A DNA stretch of 64,000 nt from Eledone cirrhosa (taxonomy: Eukaryota): the NCBI GenBank assembly GCA_964016885.1, contig OZ024740.1, forward strand, positions 95,418,001-95,482,000. The letters are read 5' to 3'. The translations under genes were made by a program, and so were the position numbers. Of the stretch, positions 32,250-44,556 are shown in pieces; position 1 is the stretch's first letter; each line of letters begins with the position of its first letter. The notes beneath the pieces are model-generated. The model was not told where the DNA came from. It searched no databases and was given only the letters and a program-made list of their open reading frames with translations.

Positions 32250-32250
<1 letters not shown>
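29471..32250 (+). mobile_element. Inverted, 5'-truncated copy of the family 2 PLE
   Basis: Reverse complement of ~24055-26768; ORF pieces 30044-31603 with YSRYVDDI and YIGETARS; runs into the ORF-start tail and then (TA)n. Confidence 0.95.
31993..32037 (+). ncRNA. Minimal type I hammerhead ribozyme
   Basis: agtca-CTGAAGA-ggtcacagagtgtgtgac-GAAA-ggac-TA-tgact. Confidence 0.8.
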
Positions 32251-32304
<54 letters not shown>

Positions 32305-32693
32305 TACAATCATACATATATGCACACGTACATACACACATGCATACACACACATATATACTCGCATACATATGCACACATACATATATATATGTACACA
32401 CACATACATACGCACACGCACAATTTATTATAAGAAAACATAATAATAAAAAATAAAAATAAAAACAATGGACAACCGTATGGTGCAAAAGTTTGTCACG
32501 TCAAAATAAAAATAAAAAATAAAAAATATAGGACTTAAGAAAATAAAAATAATAATTATTATAAATTTCACAGCAATATAGGAAAGCACGCAAATAAATA
32601 AACAAACACACGTGGTAAACAATACCCACATTTACACATACACATACATACATATAAATATATACATACACACACACACACATACACACACGT

Positions 32694-32730
<37 letters not shown>

Positions 32731-33303
32731 TATATACACACACATATATATATTTATATATACACACACACATACATACATATATATATATATACATATA
32801 GATATATATATATATAAGAAAATACATATATATTATATATATATAAAAATAAAAAGGTGGAAGGGGTAAACAAATAGTTGGGAATACGTCAAATAATAAA
32901 TAAATTAATAGATAAAGGTATAAATGTTTATAGCTGATTTAGAGCACTCAATAATTTCCTAGAGCAAATAACTAATGAAAATAAACATTAAATCACTATG
33001 TATGTAATTATGCATACATATATATATATTTGTATACGCACACACACACACACATATATATATATACACATACACATATACACAACACATACATGCACAC
33101 ATAAAGATATATCTATAAATAAAAATGGTGGGTATGTAAAGGATAAAGTAGAAAGTAGGGGAAATAAGGAAAACATATAACATAGGAAAAAGTGTAAATA
33201 TAAGGGGAGATAAGGTTGAAAAAGAATATAAGAGTACAGAAAGTGAGTTCAGAGAGTAATAAAAATCGTAGTGGATGTAAGGCGTAGAGAGCAGAGAAGA
33301 AGT

Positions 33304-33580
33304 TCAACGTGGTTGAATCATTGTAGGATTGCCAATCCAGTTACAGATCAGATGTGATTTCAGGTGTTGACAACATCTTAAGATCACGGTCTTTGAATTC
33401 AGGCAATTTGAAGTGGCTTTCAAATCTTGTAGAATCCAAAATGTTTCAGTGGTACACAAAGAACAATTATTTGTGCCCCTTCGGTAACCCCTCGAATGGT
33501 CTAAAATAGACCAATCGATAGAGTACGCGATGATTTTATCTTTGAATTCCCACACCTTATTTGCGAGTGCAGGTTCAAAA
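33304..33580 (-). mobile_element. PLE GIY-YIG C-terminal fragment
   Basis: ALANKVWEFK..IDWSIL..CSLCTTE..LNSK..CCQH. Confidence 0.75.
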
Positions 33581-33639
33581 CCATTTTTTATGAAAATGTC
33601 GCTTCTTTTAAACACTCTGATAAAAGAACAGCAACGGTT

Positions 33640-34030
33640 CTGTAAATAAACAAATAAATAAACAAATATAACACAGACATACACCCGGATGTAATACATG
33701 CGCAGACTAAGCACACAACACACAATTTGGCGTAGAACAGAACAGAGGAGAGGCATAAAACAAAGAAAAAAATCCCCAGTATGTGTGATGAAAGAACTTT
33801 GACAATATATAAACAACGTTCCGGTTATGGAACCAACCAAACAACCGGAAATTTATAAATCTTTTTAATTAAAAAAAATGTGTTTTTATTTCTAAATTTA
33901 TAATAAATTGGAGTGAAAGCTTGGGTGCGTGTGTTTCTTATTGGCAACATGACCCTCCCAATGTATAACAATATCGGTTTCAACACACGTTTTAAGATAA
34001 AGAATCTTGCTAAACAAATTCAGAAACGAA
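33640..34030 (+). mobile_element. Solo family 2 terminal repeat (HHR core deleted) with ORF-start tail
   Basis: Homologous to 31830-32250 and ends at the same CAGAAACGAA|(TA)n position. Confidence 0.8.
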
Positions 34031-34043
34031 ATATATATATATA

Positions 34044-34880
34044 TAGACTCCCTGATGACGCAATTAATTCTCGACAGTTAGATTACGTAACTGTCTTTAT
34101 CCCATTGCAGAAACTAATTAGTTGGAGTGAAAATTTAAGTAAGTAAGTAAAAAGTTAAAAAAACATTTTTTTAAAAAAGATTTTCTTATTTTACGTCTTT
34201 TATATTATTGTTCTGCATCCTCCTGCATTGAACCACCTAGGTACTATGACATAACCTGTGTATTTGCTGGCATAGGCGTGCATCTGTGCGCTTATGTTAG
34301 TTGATATATTAAATTATCTATATTTATCTCCAAATCACTGATTTGTCGAGCAAACCTGCCAAAACCACTTCTAAAAAAAATTTTTTTGGGGTGTGTTAGT
34401 AGGCATCTGTCATCTTACCATCCCATTCCTTCTGACTAGCCTCTGTGTCACGTGATTGATTCTTTAGAATCGGCCATTTGACTAGAGGCAGTGAGGATTT
34501 CAGTGCATGGAATTCAGTCCTCGCTAGCTGTTCCATCTACCGAATTATTATTATTTTTATATGAGCCGCCAGTGTCCGCGCATTGCCTGGAGACTTAGCT
34601 GAGAATAGACTCCCTGATGACGCAATGAATTCTCGACAGTTAGATTACGTAACTGTCTTTATCCCATTGCAGAAACTAATTAGTTGGAGTGAAAATTTAA
34701 GTAAGTAAGTAAAAATTAAAAAAATAATTTTTTTTTAAATATTTTCTTACTTTACGTCTTTTATATTATTGTTCTGCATCCTCCTGCATTGAACCACCTA
34801 GGTACTATGACATAACCTGTGTATTTGCTGGCATAGGCGTGCATCTGTGCGCTTATGTGAGTTGATATATTAAATCATCT
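34044..34880 (+). mobile_element. 562-bp tandem repeat (~1.5 units), one hammerhead per unit; retrozyme-like
   Basis: CTGATGA at 34052 and 34614; no ORF; flanked by (TA)n. Confidence 0.85.
34047..34128 (+). ncRNA. Type I hammerhead with extended stem II (second copy 34609-34690)
   Basis: actcc-CTGATGA-c-gcaat..[gacagtta/taactgtc]..attgc-a-GAAA-ctaattag-TT-ggagt. Confidence 0.85.
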
Positions 34881-34894
34881 CTCTCTCTCTCTCT

Positions 34895-34941
<47 letters not shown>

Positions 34942-35103
34942 TTTTATATATACATATATATTTACATATATATGTATATATATATATAGTCTTGTTGAGC
35001 CAAACTAAGCCACACGTTAATACTATCCACTACACGAAATACTCCAACTGGCTACATCTAAGTGGATTGCCTATAACGATAACCTGTTATCCCGTATATA
35101 TAT

Positions 35104-35195
<92 letters not shown>

Positions 35196-35274
35196 ATAAT
35201 AATAAAATTGAAGACTAAAATCCAAAGAGGGCTCGATAAGGAAAATATATATCAAATATATAAGAACCGTAGAG

Positions 35275-35353
<79 letters not shown>

Positions 35354-36470
35354 ATATATATATAACTATATTTATATTTATACATGTATTTTCATATATA
35401 CATATATATTTACATATATATATATATAAGAGAGTATTGAAGTTTGCTTGAAGCATTGTGGGATAATAATACAAAATTGGGAACGATTGAGGACCCTCCC
35501 CAATGCAGCTGGGTTAACAGAATCTGGTCGTGAAGAGAGAGATGTAACAGAAAATGTAGAATGAGATGTATAGTGTGTAGGGGAACGTAGCAAAGAGCGT
35601 AAAAATAAAAAAAATAATCACATGGTGTTACCTTGGGAGAGATTTAATTGTCCTTATATTTCAGATTTCGCATCCATCAACTGGTCGGTTTTTCCGAAGG
35701 GGAAAGTTATCCGTCGTAGAGGAACGGTACGTGGTCTCTCTTGTCCGCCGTTTGTGTGTAACTGAGATAATCTGTAGAGCGCGCGTGTGCGCGGAAAAGG
35801 TGCGGTCAAGAAAGGGTCGAGACAGTTCCTCTTTATTGTGGGAGAGGGATGGTGCTAGCTGTGAATCCATTATACTACCTATATTCAGTATTTGATACTC
35901 CTAGTGTTGCTAGTCTGCCTGATCGTCGCTTGTTGGCCGCTAGATGGTGTGGGCGCTATACACACAATAACAATCGTTTGAATGCCACTGTGTGTGCTTA
36001 TGCTGTTGTTTAGTTTGTTTACACCAGCCACCTCGTCTCACTTCTCTCAGATTGGTTATTTATTTGTGGTCCTAGGCCTTTGATCCAAAGTGCTTCTTTG
36101 ATTCGTAACGTGCCGATTTTGCATTATGTCGCTAGCAGTGTGAAATTAACCTTCCGTCTTTCTCTCCTCATTTGGTTATGTGCTTTCGGAAAGATGAGGC
36201 CCGGGTGTTGATGTGCTCTTGAGTGCCTTGAGCTCGAGGCCGTCCATGTACGAGATCGCCAGCACAACCGACAGGTTTGAGCCCATGGGCAGTTCTGAGG
36301 TTTAGAGGTATGTTTGGTCGAGAAAACCAAAATACGTTGTGTCAACGACAACTGATAAGAACTGGTGGATGTCAGAGGGGGTGAGCCCGAAGCAGTGTAG
36401 GTCGGTAGATTGAACGCATCCCATCAGTATATCAAGGGCCGGGAGCGCCGGGAGTGCCGGGACCGAGGTG

Positions 36471-36599
<129 letters not shown>

Positions 36600-37261
36600 T
36601 ATGCGTCTCTTTTTTCGTGCGATTGCGCGTGATTCCATGTTGTGTATGTTGGTTCAATGCTTTCTTTGCATTACTTAATCATCTCTCAACAACGATATCC
36701 CTTATATGTCTTAACATTCTAACCCCCCCCCCCCGCTTCGTCTCTTCGTTTTTCTGCTGTATCCCATCTCGTATATAGATCAGCAGATGTTGACATTTCA
36801 TTGTGCTTCAATAAATCTGTATTTCCTAAATGTCTTGTTTCTGACCACACATTATATATAAAATATATTCAGCTATTGGTTTGTGTTTTACAGAAATCTT
36901 TTTTCGAATTCTTTGAAATTATTCGTGAAATTCCACGTATTCAAATATCGGTTTACATTTGTATTTCCATTTCCAATTTCTGTTATCTAAAACGTAATTT
37001 TTTGCCTGATTCGTTCGTCCTCATTAAACAAAGATGTCATTAATTAATTATGTATATATAACCTATACTGCAACAATTTCCAAACACTCTTTTAATTCGA
37101 ATTTAAGGTACAACATTTGATTTTTACAATAGAATAGAAAAGGATTTTGAAATATGTTGATCTTATTGATTTCGGGTAATCTGATATGACATTGTATTGT
37201 CATTCTTCAATATAAAGCACTCATATTAAACATATGTATGAAAGAGTTAACGTGTCCTTAA

Positions 37262-37262
<1 letters not shown>

Positions 37263-37292
<30 letters not shown>

Positions 37293-37389
37293 CTTCTTCT
37301 TCTTCTTCTTCTTCTTCTTCTTCTTCTTCTTCTTCTTCTTCTTCTTCTTCTTCTTCTTCTTCTTCTTCTTCTTCTTCTTCTTCTTCTTC
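37263..37389. repeat. (TTC)n microsatellite, probable tail of the adjacent RTE element
   Basis: Pure triplet run of ~42 units. Confidence 0.95.
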
Positions 37390-38450
37390 ACATTAGACAT
37401 GTTTTTTCCGTTCTGTGTAAACAATTTCCATACTGCTTAGAGCAGCTTCGATTTCTCTGATCTCCGGACTGCGCACTTTATTGGACAACATTACCCGTAA
37501 GACCCTTCGGAGGAACCCCATTTCTCCCGCTTGTATTTGCCATCGTATTATTTCGGTCATTACCCAATATCCCTGAACTGAAAATGCTGGCACGAATACT
37601 GAATTGAAGATAGCGAGTTAGACTTGTACGCCCACTCCCATCTTCTGATTACTGCATGTTGAAGCTGGCGCATTACTGCTCCAGCTCCTGCAATTCTTGA
37701 ACTTAATCAGCATGCTGACTTCCATCGCTCGTGAATAAAGCGTCGATATACTTTAACATCTCTACCTGCTTCACTAGAAATCCATTTACATGTAGGGTGC
37801 ACAGTGCGCAGTGTTCCTTGAGAGGACAAATATCTCATTTTTCACAGCACTGACTTTCATTGCAGACATGCAGCACTCTGCAATAAAACTATCGACTGCA
37901 AGTCGGAGATCAAATTCTATTGACTTAGTTAACAGCATGCCATCTGCAAGTTCCAGCAGACTGTTTCTATACCCATCAGTAAAAACACCACTTCCATCCC
38001 TGCTGCGCATGTCAATCTTGTTTGTCGGATTTCATCATAACACCGAAGGCCTCCCATGTCTTAAATTTGGACTCTGCGATTCTGCTTGTCTACTTCTACC
38101 AGAAGTGTAAATAGGGGGACTTATTTATAAATAAAGTTTTGTAAGCCTCGTTCTATACTCGGATGGCATATGTGATCTCTTGATTAAACCAAGCAGTCAC
38201 CCTGCCATCCCGTGCCACAGCAAGTCTCTTTATCTACATGTAACGCTACAGTGACTTCATCAAAGAAGGACTGATATTCGGACATTGTTGAACAAATCCC
38301 GACTATTTCAATCCGGTAGAATCCAGCTACCTCCACTCATTCCTGTTCCTTACCTGTAAGGTTCGTGATGTACCAGTTTCCAACAGTTAAGCTTTGCTCC
38401 CTGTCGGACGTTGTTTTGGGTCATGGGATGCAAACTATTCGTGCGTCCAT
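37390..38450 (-). mobile_element. Internally deleted RTE-clade LINE
   Basis: APE N-terminus LTVGNWYITNLTGKEQE (~38340-38390); RT remnants (LADGMLL, MKVSAVKNE); IQAGEMGFLRRVLRVMLSNKVRSPEIRE. Confidence 0.75.
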
Positions 38451-39475
38451 CCAACACCTCCCTGGATAGGTTGCATGCGCATCACTAGTTTTTGCAGCAT
38501 GAAATGGAGACTAAAATACAGGTTTTGAACAGGCCCCTCTCATTAAGGTCTGAATGCGTCTTTTGTTTACCGACACGAAAGACGAAGCTGTATAGTGGTT
38601 TCCGGTTTTCCTCATCATAGTGAAGTTTCAGTTATAATGGCCTCATTAACGAAGACTACATTTTTTTTAGAAATGGCTGTTTCTCGCCTCGTCATAGTTT
38701 CGTCAGTGTGTTGTGAGAGTTTACTTTGGAGTTAGAAGTGTCTCCCATTGCTACATCACCCCTATTAATATACCACTTTTGGCCAGGGCCGGCTTATTCG
38801 TCCGGCAGTGCTCTCTTATATCGCAACTAGCCGTTCATATCTGGTGGGTGTATTGCTATCCGCCAGCTGCAAACCGTTCTCTATCACAACTGCTCTGCCG
38901 AGAAGAGTAGATATATGGAAAAGATGTTTCTATGTTGCAAAGTATTGAGTGAATGAGGAAAATCATGGGTCAACTTAAGAGTAATCGGTCATAGATGCAA
39001 TTGAAAGCTTGTTGACATGTCAAACATGATCTATTAGGTATTTCTTACTTTGTAAACAACCAAAAGTTAGTGTAAACTCAGATTTTCCTCGTAGACCAAG
39101 AAATAATAATAAAGATCTTCCATTTAATATTTCAATATATCCTCAATGACATTTGATTACGTCTGAGGAAATTCAATTTTCCCCAAGAAATGACCCCACT
39201 GGAACACTAAGTATTTATTTTTTTTATTTGTATTTATTACAACACCGAAAATTAAAATGTTGAGGGTAAATCTTCAGTTGACCTTTCCAACAGCAACTAG
39301 AAGATGTGAAAAATAATGTGTTGACATTGAATTAAAAGAAATAATATATCGTTTTAAAAAATCGAATTGATCTGGACGACACTGAGAAAGTGATGTAACG
39401 TTATATAAGAACTAACAAAAAAGAAGACAGTAGAATATATGTATATATATATATGTGTGTGCGTGCGTGCGTGTG

Positions 39476-39506
<31 letters not shown>

Positions 39507-40284
39507 TTGTGTGTGTGTGTGCGCGTGTGTTTGTCTTTGTGTGTGCGTTGGGTGTTTGTGTATATCCCTTGTGTCAGTGCTGCTATATATAATGTGTATA
39601 TATACAAATCGACAAGGTGTAACTTTGTAATTCTGATCATAATAATACTATTTAGTTTTCAAGCTACACGTCAAGATTCAATAGAGTTATTCACCTTCAC
39701 ATGTTTCCTGATAGATGTCAAATGTCCACTGTGTATCACAGGGTATAAAAGGCGACTAATGGAAGAGCCGTGTATTTCATCTTATTGCATCGTTCTTTTA
39801 TTATATCTATATAACTGTGTTACAGTCTCCCTAACATCTTCGTAATTTAGAGTAGAAATCTATATATATACCTTAATATAACTTCCGTTTATTTAGTATG
39901 CTCTCTATATACCACACTAGTTCTTTCTATCTATCCACCTCCGATTGTATATGTCCACATACATCTAATATGTCGATATCCATATATCTATCTATTTAAC
40001 TATCTATCTATCTATAAATCTGTCTCACACCGGCTCTCTAAATCTCAATATATGCTCTCAATATACATCATTATTCGCGTGTGTTTTTTTCCCATTTCTA
40101 TTCAGGTTTATCCTTTTCTGACTCTCTATCTCTCAATTGCATCTTCTATTTCTCATGACATCTTCCGATTAAGGGCTCGCGCCCGACAGGTAGGGGTTAT
40201 TTTGTTACTATATTAAGCGTTAAAATAACGAACGCACTGTGTCGTTTACTTTTCTTTGTTTCTGTTTATCTTTTACATACATAG

Positions 40285-40348
<64 letters not shown>

Positions 40349-40379
40349 CTATATATATATATATATATAATAACATAAA

Positions 40380-43300
40380 ATAAAATAGAATAAATAAGTC
40401 AAATGTACAAAAGTTTGCTTCGTTTATTACTGCTATATATATTTCGGTGACAGCCATATTTGGCTGGGACCTCTTCAGGCTGTCCGAATTAGTGTGGTAG
40501 AGAAGAGTACACATGTTATTGAGGTGTTTAACTTTGTCAATACTCTGATATGCCCAGTTCCTGGTTGGGGTGTTATTTCACTGAGGAACTGGAATCATAT
40601 GAATTTAAACAAACAAATTTCAGCGTCAAAGGACATCTTCTCCTCCCATTGGTCAGTTGTGAGAACATTCCTCAGTCAAAAGTCTATAGAAATTCATTCT
40701 TAGGAGAGGCAATCTGTAGTGGTTGTTCTTGGTATTGTGAAGTACATCTGACATCTACTCTTATGTTGGTAGTGGTGTTGTTGTTGGAGTCAGCTCAAAC
40801 AATGATAAAGTGGTAGAAGTAATAATATTGTAAAGGAACAAAATAAAATAAGATCATCAAATAAAATGTGCGTGTGTGTTATACCCACTCTCAATGTATG
40901 AAAGATGTGTAAGGTCACTCCTCCCATTCGACAGTTGTGAGAGCATTCCTCAGTCAAAAGTCTATATAATTTCTTTCTGGGGTGAGGCTACCTGTAGTGT
41001 TTGTTTTTGCTATTGTTAAGTACATCTGACCTCTACCCTTATTTTGGTAGTGGTGTTGTCATCTGTGGTCAGCCTAGGTTATGCTGCTGCTGACATTTAG
41101 AAGTATATGTGTGTGTTTCTTCATCCATCCTGCCACCATTTCTCGTGGTGGTGGTGTGTGTTTTGGGGTGGGGGTGGGCTGTGCCATGCATATGAAGAAA
41201 TAGAAGGCAATAAAATGAAGAAAACAGAAAATAAATTATATATAGAAAATAAATGAAAAATTAATGAAAAATGAAAAATGAAAAATAAAAATGAAGATTC
41301 AAATAAAATAAAATAAGTGTGTGCTATAACCAATCTCAAAGTCAGAAATATGTCCGATAAAGTGGGAGGAGGAACAAGATGGTAAAAAAATAAAACAAAA
41401 TAAGATAATCAAATAAAATGTGTGTGTGTTACAACCAATCTCAACGTTAGAAAGATTTGCAAGTTCACTCCTCCCATTGGTCAGTTTTGAGAGCATTTCT
41501 CAGTCAAAAATTTATAGAAATTCTTTCTGGGGTGAGGCTACCTGTAGTGTTTGTTTTTTCTATTGTTAAGTGCATCTGATCTCTACCCTTATTATGGTAG
41601 TGGTGTTGGTGCTGCGGTCAGCCTAGGTCTTGCTGCTGCTGACATTAAGAAGTATCTATTTGTGTTTTTTCATCCATCCTGCTACCATTTCTCGTGGTGG
41701 TGCCGGTTGAGGTGGTATTGGGTGTATGTGTGTTGGTGTCGTGCCATGCATATGAAGAAATCGAAGGCAATAAAATGAAGAAAACAGAAAACAAATGAAA
41801 CATAAAAAAATGAAGATTCAAGTAAAATAAAATGTGTGTTATAAAGATTTTGGCCAAATTAGAAAGGCTGTGTCAGAATCAATCTCTAGGCTATCATGGG
41901 GTCTGCTCAGCCTGGGTAGGTCCCTATGGCTTGAGGGCAGTTCCCAACCTATGCTGTTGTTACTGCCCATATAGCTTGAGGGAGGCACGGCCAAGAGGTG
42001 TCTACATGTTCTGGAAAAGTCCTTCTAGTTTGAGGGGTGTTCACATCTCAGTGTGTTGTTACTGTCCATATAGCTTGAGGAAGGTCCCGGCCCTGAGGTG
42101 TCTGCATGTCCCGAAGAAGTTGGTTCTGAGGTTTATCAGGCGGCTTCCACCACTTAGTATCTCGAGGGTCTCGTTCAGGTCTAGTTTGCATATGCCAGAT
42201 CGCCCTTTATCGGGTGGTACTTTCCTGATTATGGACCAGGCCAGAGAGTATGGGGTCCTGTCCAGCTTAAGCTTCCAGATCAGGTCGGAAAGAGATGAAC
42301 TTTTCGTTTCGGCCTCCTTATTGAAGGAATGGTGATGGTTATACCAACGGTCTTTAAAGCTCGTTGAAGTGGCTCCTATGTATAGGTGTTCGGAGTTGGG
42401 GGTTTAACCCTACATCCGTATATTAGGTTCTTCTTAAGGCATTGATTACTAAGGGGGCATGATTCGGGGTTTCTGCAGTTGCAGAGGGTGGTCGACCCCT
42501 GCGTGGCTAGTGTGGGGTTCCCGTTACGTCTTACATGGTGGTCTTCCTGCGGGCACGTGGGGGTCCCCGGGGTTGTTTGAGTTTCTTGGGTGGGCGCTGG
42601 TTGTCCCCTTCTCTCCTTCCACATGGCTCTGCTGGGTGCTTATATTGCCATCTTCTGGTTGTGTGTGGTTTTTAAGCCTACTCCTGTTGATGCTAGCTAT
42701 GTGTTGGGCCAGATTTCTCGCGGTGGAATAAGGGAATCATTTATCAAGTGCTCCAAAGAATGACCGGATAAAGCTCTTCGTTAGGGCCGCTGAGTAGGGT
42801 GGGTTGTACCACGTGATTTTTCTGCGTCTACTCCTATATGGGTGTGCTGGGGGCGTCGTGAGTTGTTGGAGAGTTGTTGGGTTGCTGGTGGTTCCCACAT
42901 TGTTGCTTCCTCTTTGGGCGCTATGAGTTTTGCTATCTTCACGGCTCGAATCTGTGGGGTGATTGTTTCCCGCGCTGGTGGATTCATTGTGGAGTGGTCC
43001 CCCGTTACAACCCCCACCCCTACGTGTCCTGCGGTTGGGGTTGTCGGGCCCGTGGTGGTTAGTATCACCCCTGAGACAGCTACTTTTGTTGGGTTTCTTC
43101 TCATGGTTAAACGTACTCGTCACCATCGCCAGTGTGGTGGTGTCGGGCTCATGGTGCTTAATTGTTCCTGTTCTGCCTGTTTTGTTAGGGTTCGCCCTCT
43201 CCCTGACAACGCGGGTGTGGGAGTCCGTTGGGCCATCCCCATCCCAGCGCCTCGGACTATATGTTATATGTTGTCCATGTGCCGCCTTATTTAGAGGTGC

Positions 43301-43450
43301 GTTGTAATATTCCGTGTTGTTATCGAAGATTTCATTATTTGCCGACAGACTGGAGATCCTGTCCGAGACACTCTTCACCACGGCCTTGGTTATGGATCTA
43401 GGGTGGTTTGACTGGGCGTTAACATACACAGGTTTCTTGCTGGGCTTGTG
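40380..43450 (-). mobile_element. Penelope-like element (family 1), 5'-truncated, with long sub-repeated 3' region
   Basis: YVNAQSNHPRSI..RISSLSAN; ITWYNPPYS; CNCRNPESCPLSNQCLKKNLIYGCRV..YIGATSTSFKDRWYNH; HHR at 40429-40483. Confidence 0.9.
40429..40483 (-). ncRNA. Type I hammerhead ribozyme (family 1)
   Basis: acagc-CTGAAGA-ggtcccagcc/ggctgtcacc-GAAA-tatata-TA-gcagt. Confidence 0.8.
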
Positions 43451-43466
43451 GTATGTATGGGCTTGT

Positions 43467-43512
<46 letters not shown>

Positions 43513-43534
43513 TATATTTATATATATATATATG

Positions 43535-44556
43535 TATAAAGATTTAGTATATCTAGTAACATATATATACACAGATGCATATTTATGTTAGTAAATATAT
43601 AGGTTTTGTCTTAGTAACTATGTGGTTCAATGCATGGGGTAGCAGAACAATAATATGAGAGACGTAAAATAAGAAAATTATAAAATTAACTTACTTACTT
43701 AAATTTCACTCCCAACTAATTAGTTTCTGAGATGGATTAAACGTACTATCCGAAGAGAGCACGGAGAAGCCTTTCGTCATCAGGGAAGTCTATTCTCAGC
43801 TAAGTTTCCAGGCAATACGTGGACACAGGGAACTTATACAAAAATAATTCAGTGGATGGAAAAAGCAAAGCGAGGACTAATTCCAAGCCATTGATAAAAT
43901 CACTGCCTACTGCGTCGGTGGCAAATTCAAAAGAATCAATCACGTGATATCGAGGTCAATCAGTGGATAGTGCTTTGTTAGTAAGACAGCAGCCGAAATG
44001 TTACTATAGCAGCAGTTTTGGCCATTTTTACTCGACAAATAATTTTGGAGATAATTATAAAGAATTAGTATATCTAGTAACATATATATACACAGATGCA
44101 TACTTATGTTAGTAAATATATAGGTTTTGTCTTAGTAACTATGTGGTTCAATGCATGGGGTAGCAGAACAATAATATGAGAGACGTAAAATAAGAAAATT
44201 ATAAAATTAATTTACTTACTTAAATTTCACTCCCAACTAATTAATTCTGAAAGGGATTAAACGTACTATCCGAAGAGAGCACGGAGAAGCCTTTCGTCAT
44301 CAGGGAAGTCTATTATCAGCTAGGTTTCCAGGCAATACGTGGACACAGGGAACTTATACAAAAATAATTCAATGGATGAAAAAAGCAAAGCGAGGACTAA
44401 TTCCAAGCCATTGATAAAATCACTGCCTACTGCGTCGGTGGCAAATTCAAAACAATCAATCACGTGACATCGAGGTCAATCAGTGGATAGTGTTTTGTTA
44501 GTAAGACAGCAGCCGAAATGTTACTATAGCAGCAGTTTTGGCCATTTTTGCTCGAC
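43535..44556 (-). mobile_element. 520-bp tandem repeat (~2 units), one hammerhead per unit; diverged homolog of 34044-34880
   Basis: TCATCAG at 43777 and 44297 (period 520); shares blocks gcattgaaccac, cacgtgattgattcttt, agtcctcgct, cttagctgagaatagact with the 34-kb unit. Confidence 0.85.
43708..43789 (-). ncRNA. Type I hammerhead with extended stem II (second copy ~44229-44309)
   Basis: Two-copy consensus acttcc-CTGATGA-c-gaaagg..[cgtgct..cttcgg..agtacg]..cctttc-a-GAAA-ctaattag-TT-gggagt; copy 1 has stem II mismatches, copy 2 has GAAT. Confidence 0.8.

Noticed and set aside
34052-34110. ATGA..hairpin read as a SECIS element (Naiad-type PLE) or C/D box
   Set aside because: No properly spaced AAR loop or GA quartet, no linked ORF; sequence is fully explained by a hammerhead core
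34505-34545. HDV-like ribozyme around TCCTCGC
   Set aside because: Could not build P1/P2/P4 or the catalytic J4/2 strand
40160-40200. gggc/gccc hairpin resembling HHR stem II
   Set aside because: Both core segments mutated (CGATTAA, GACA); insufficient support
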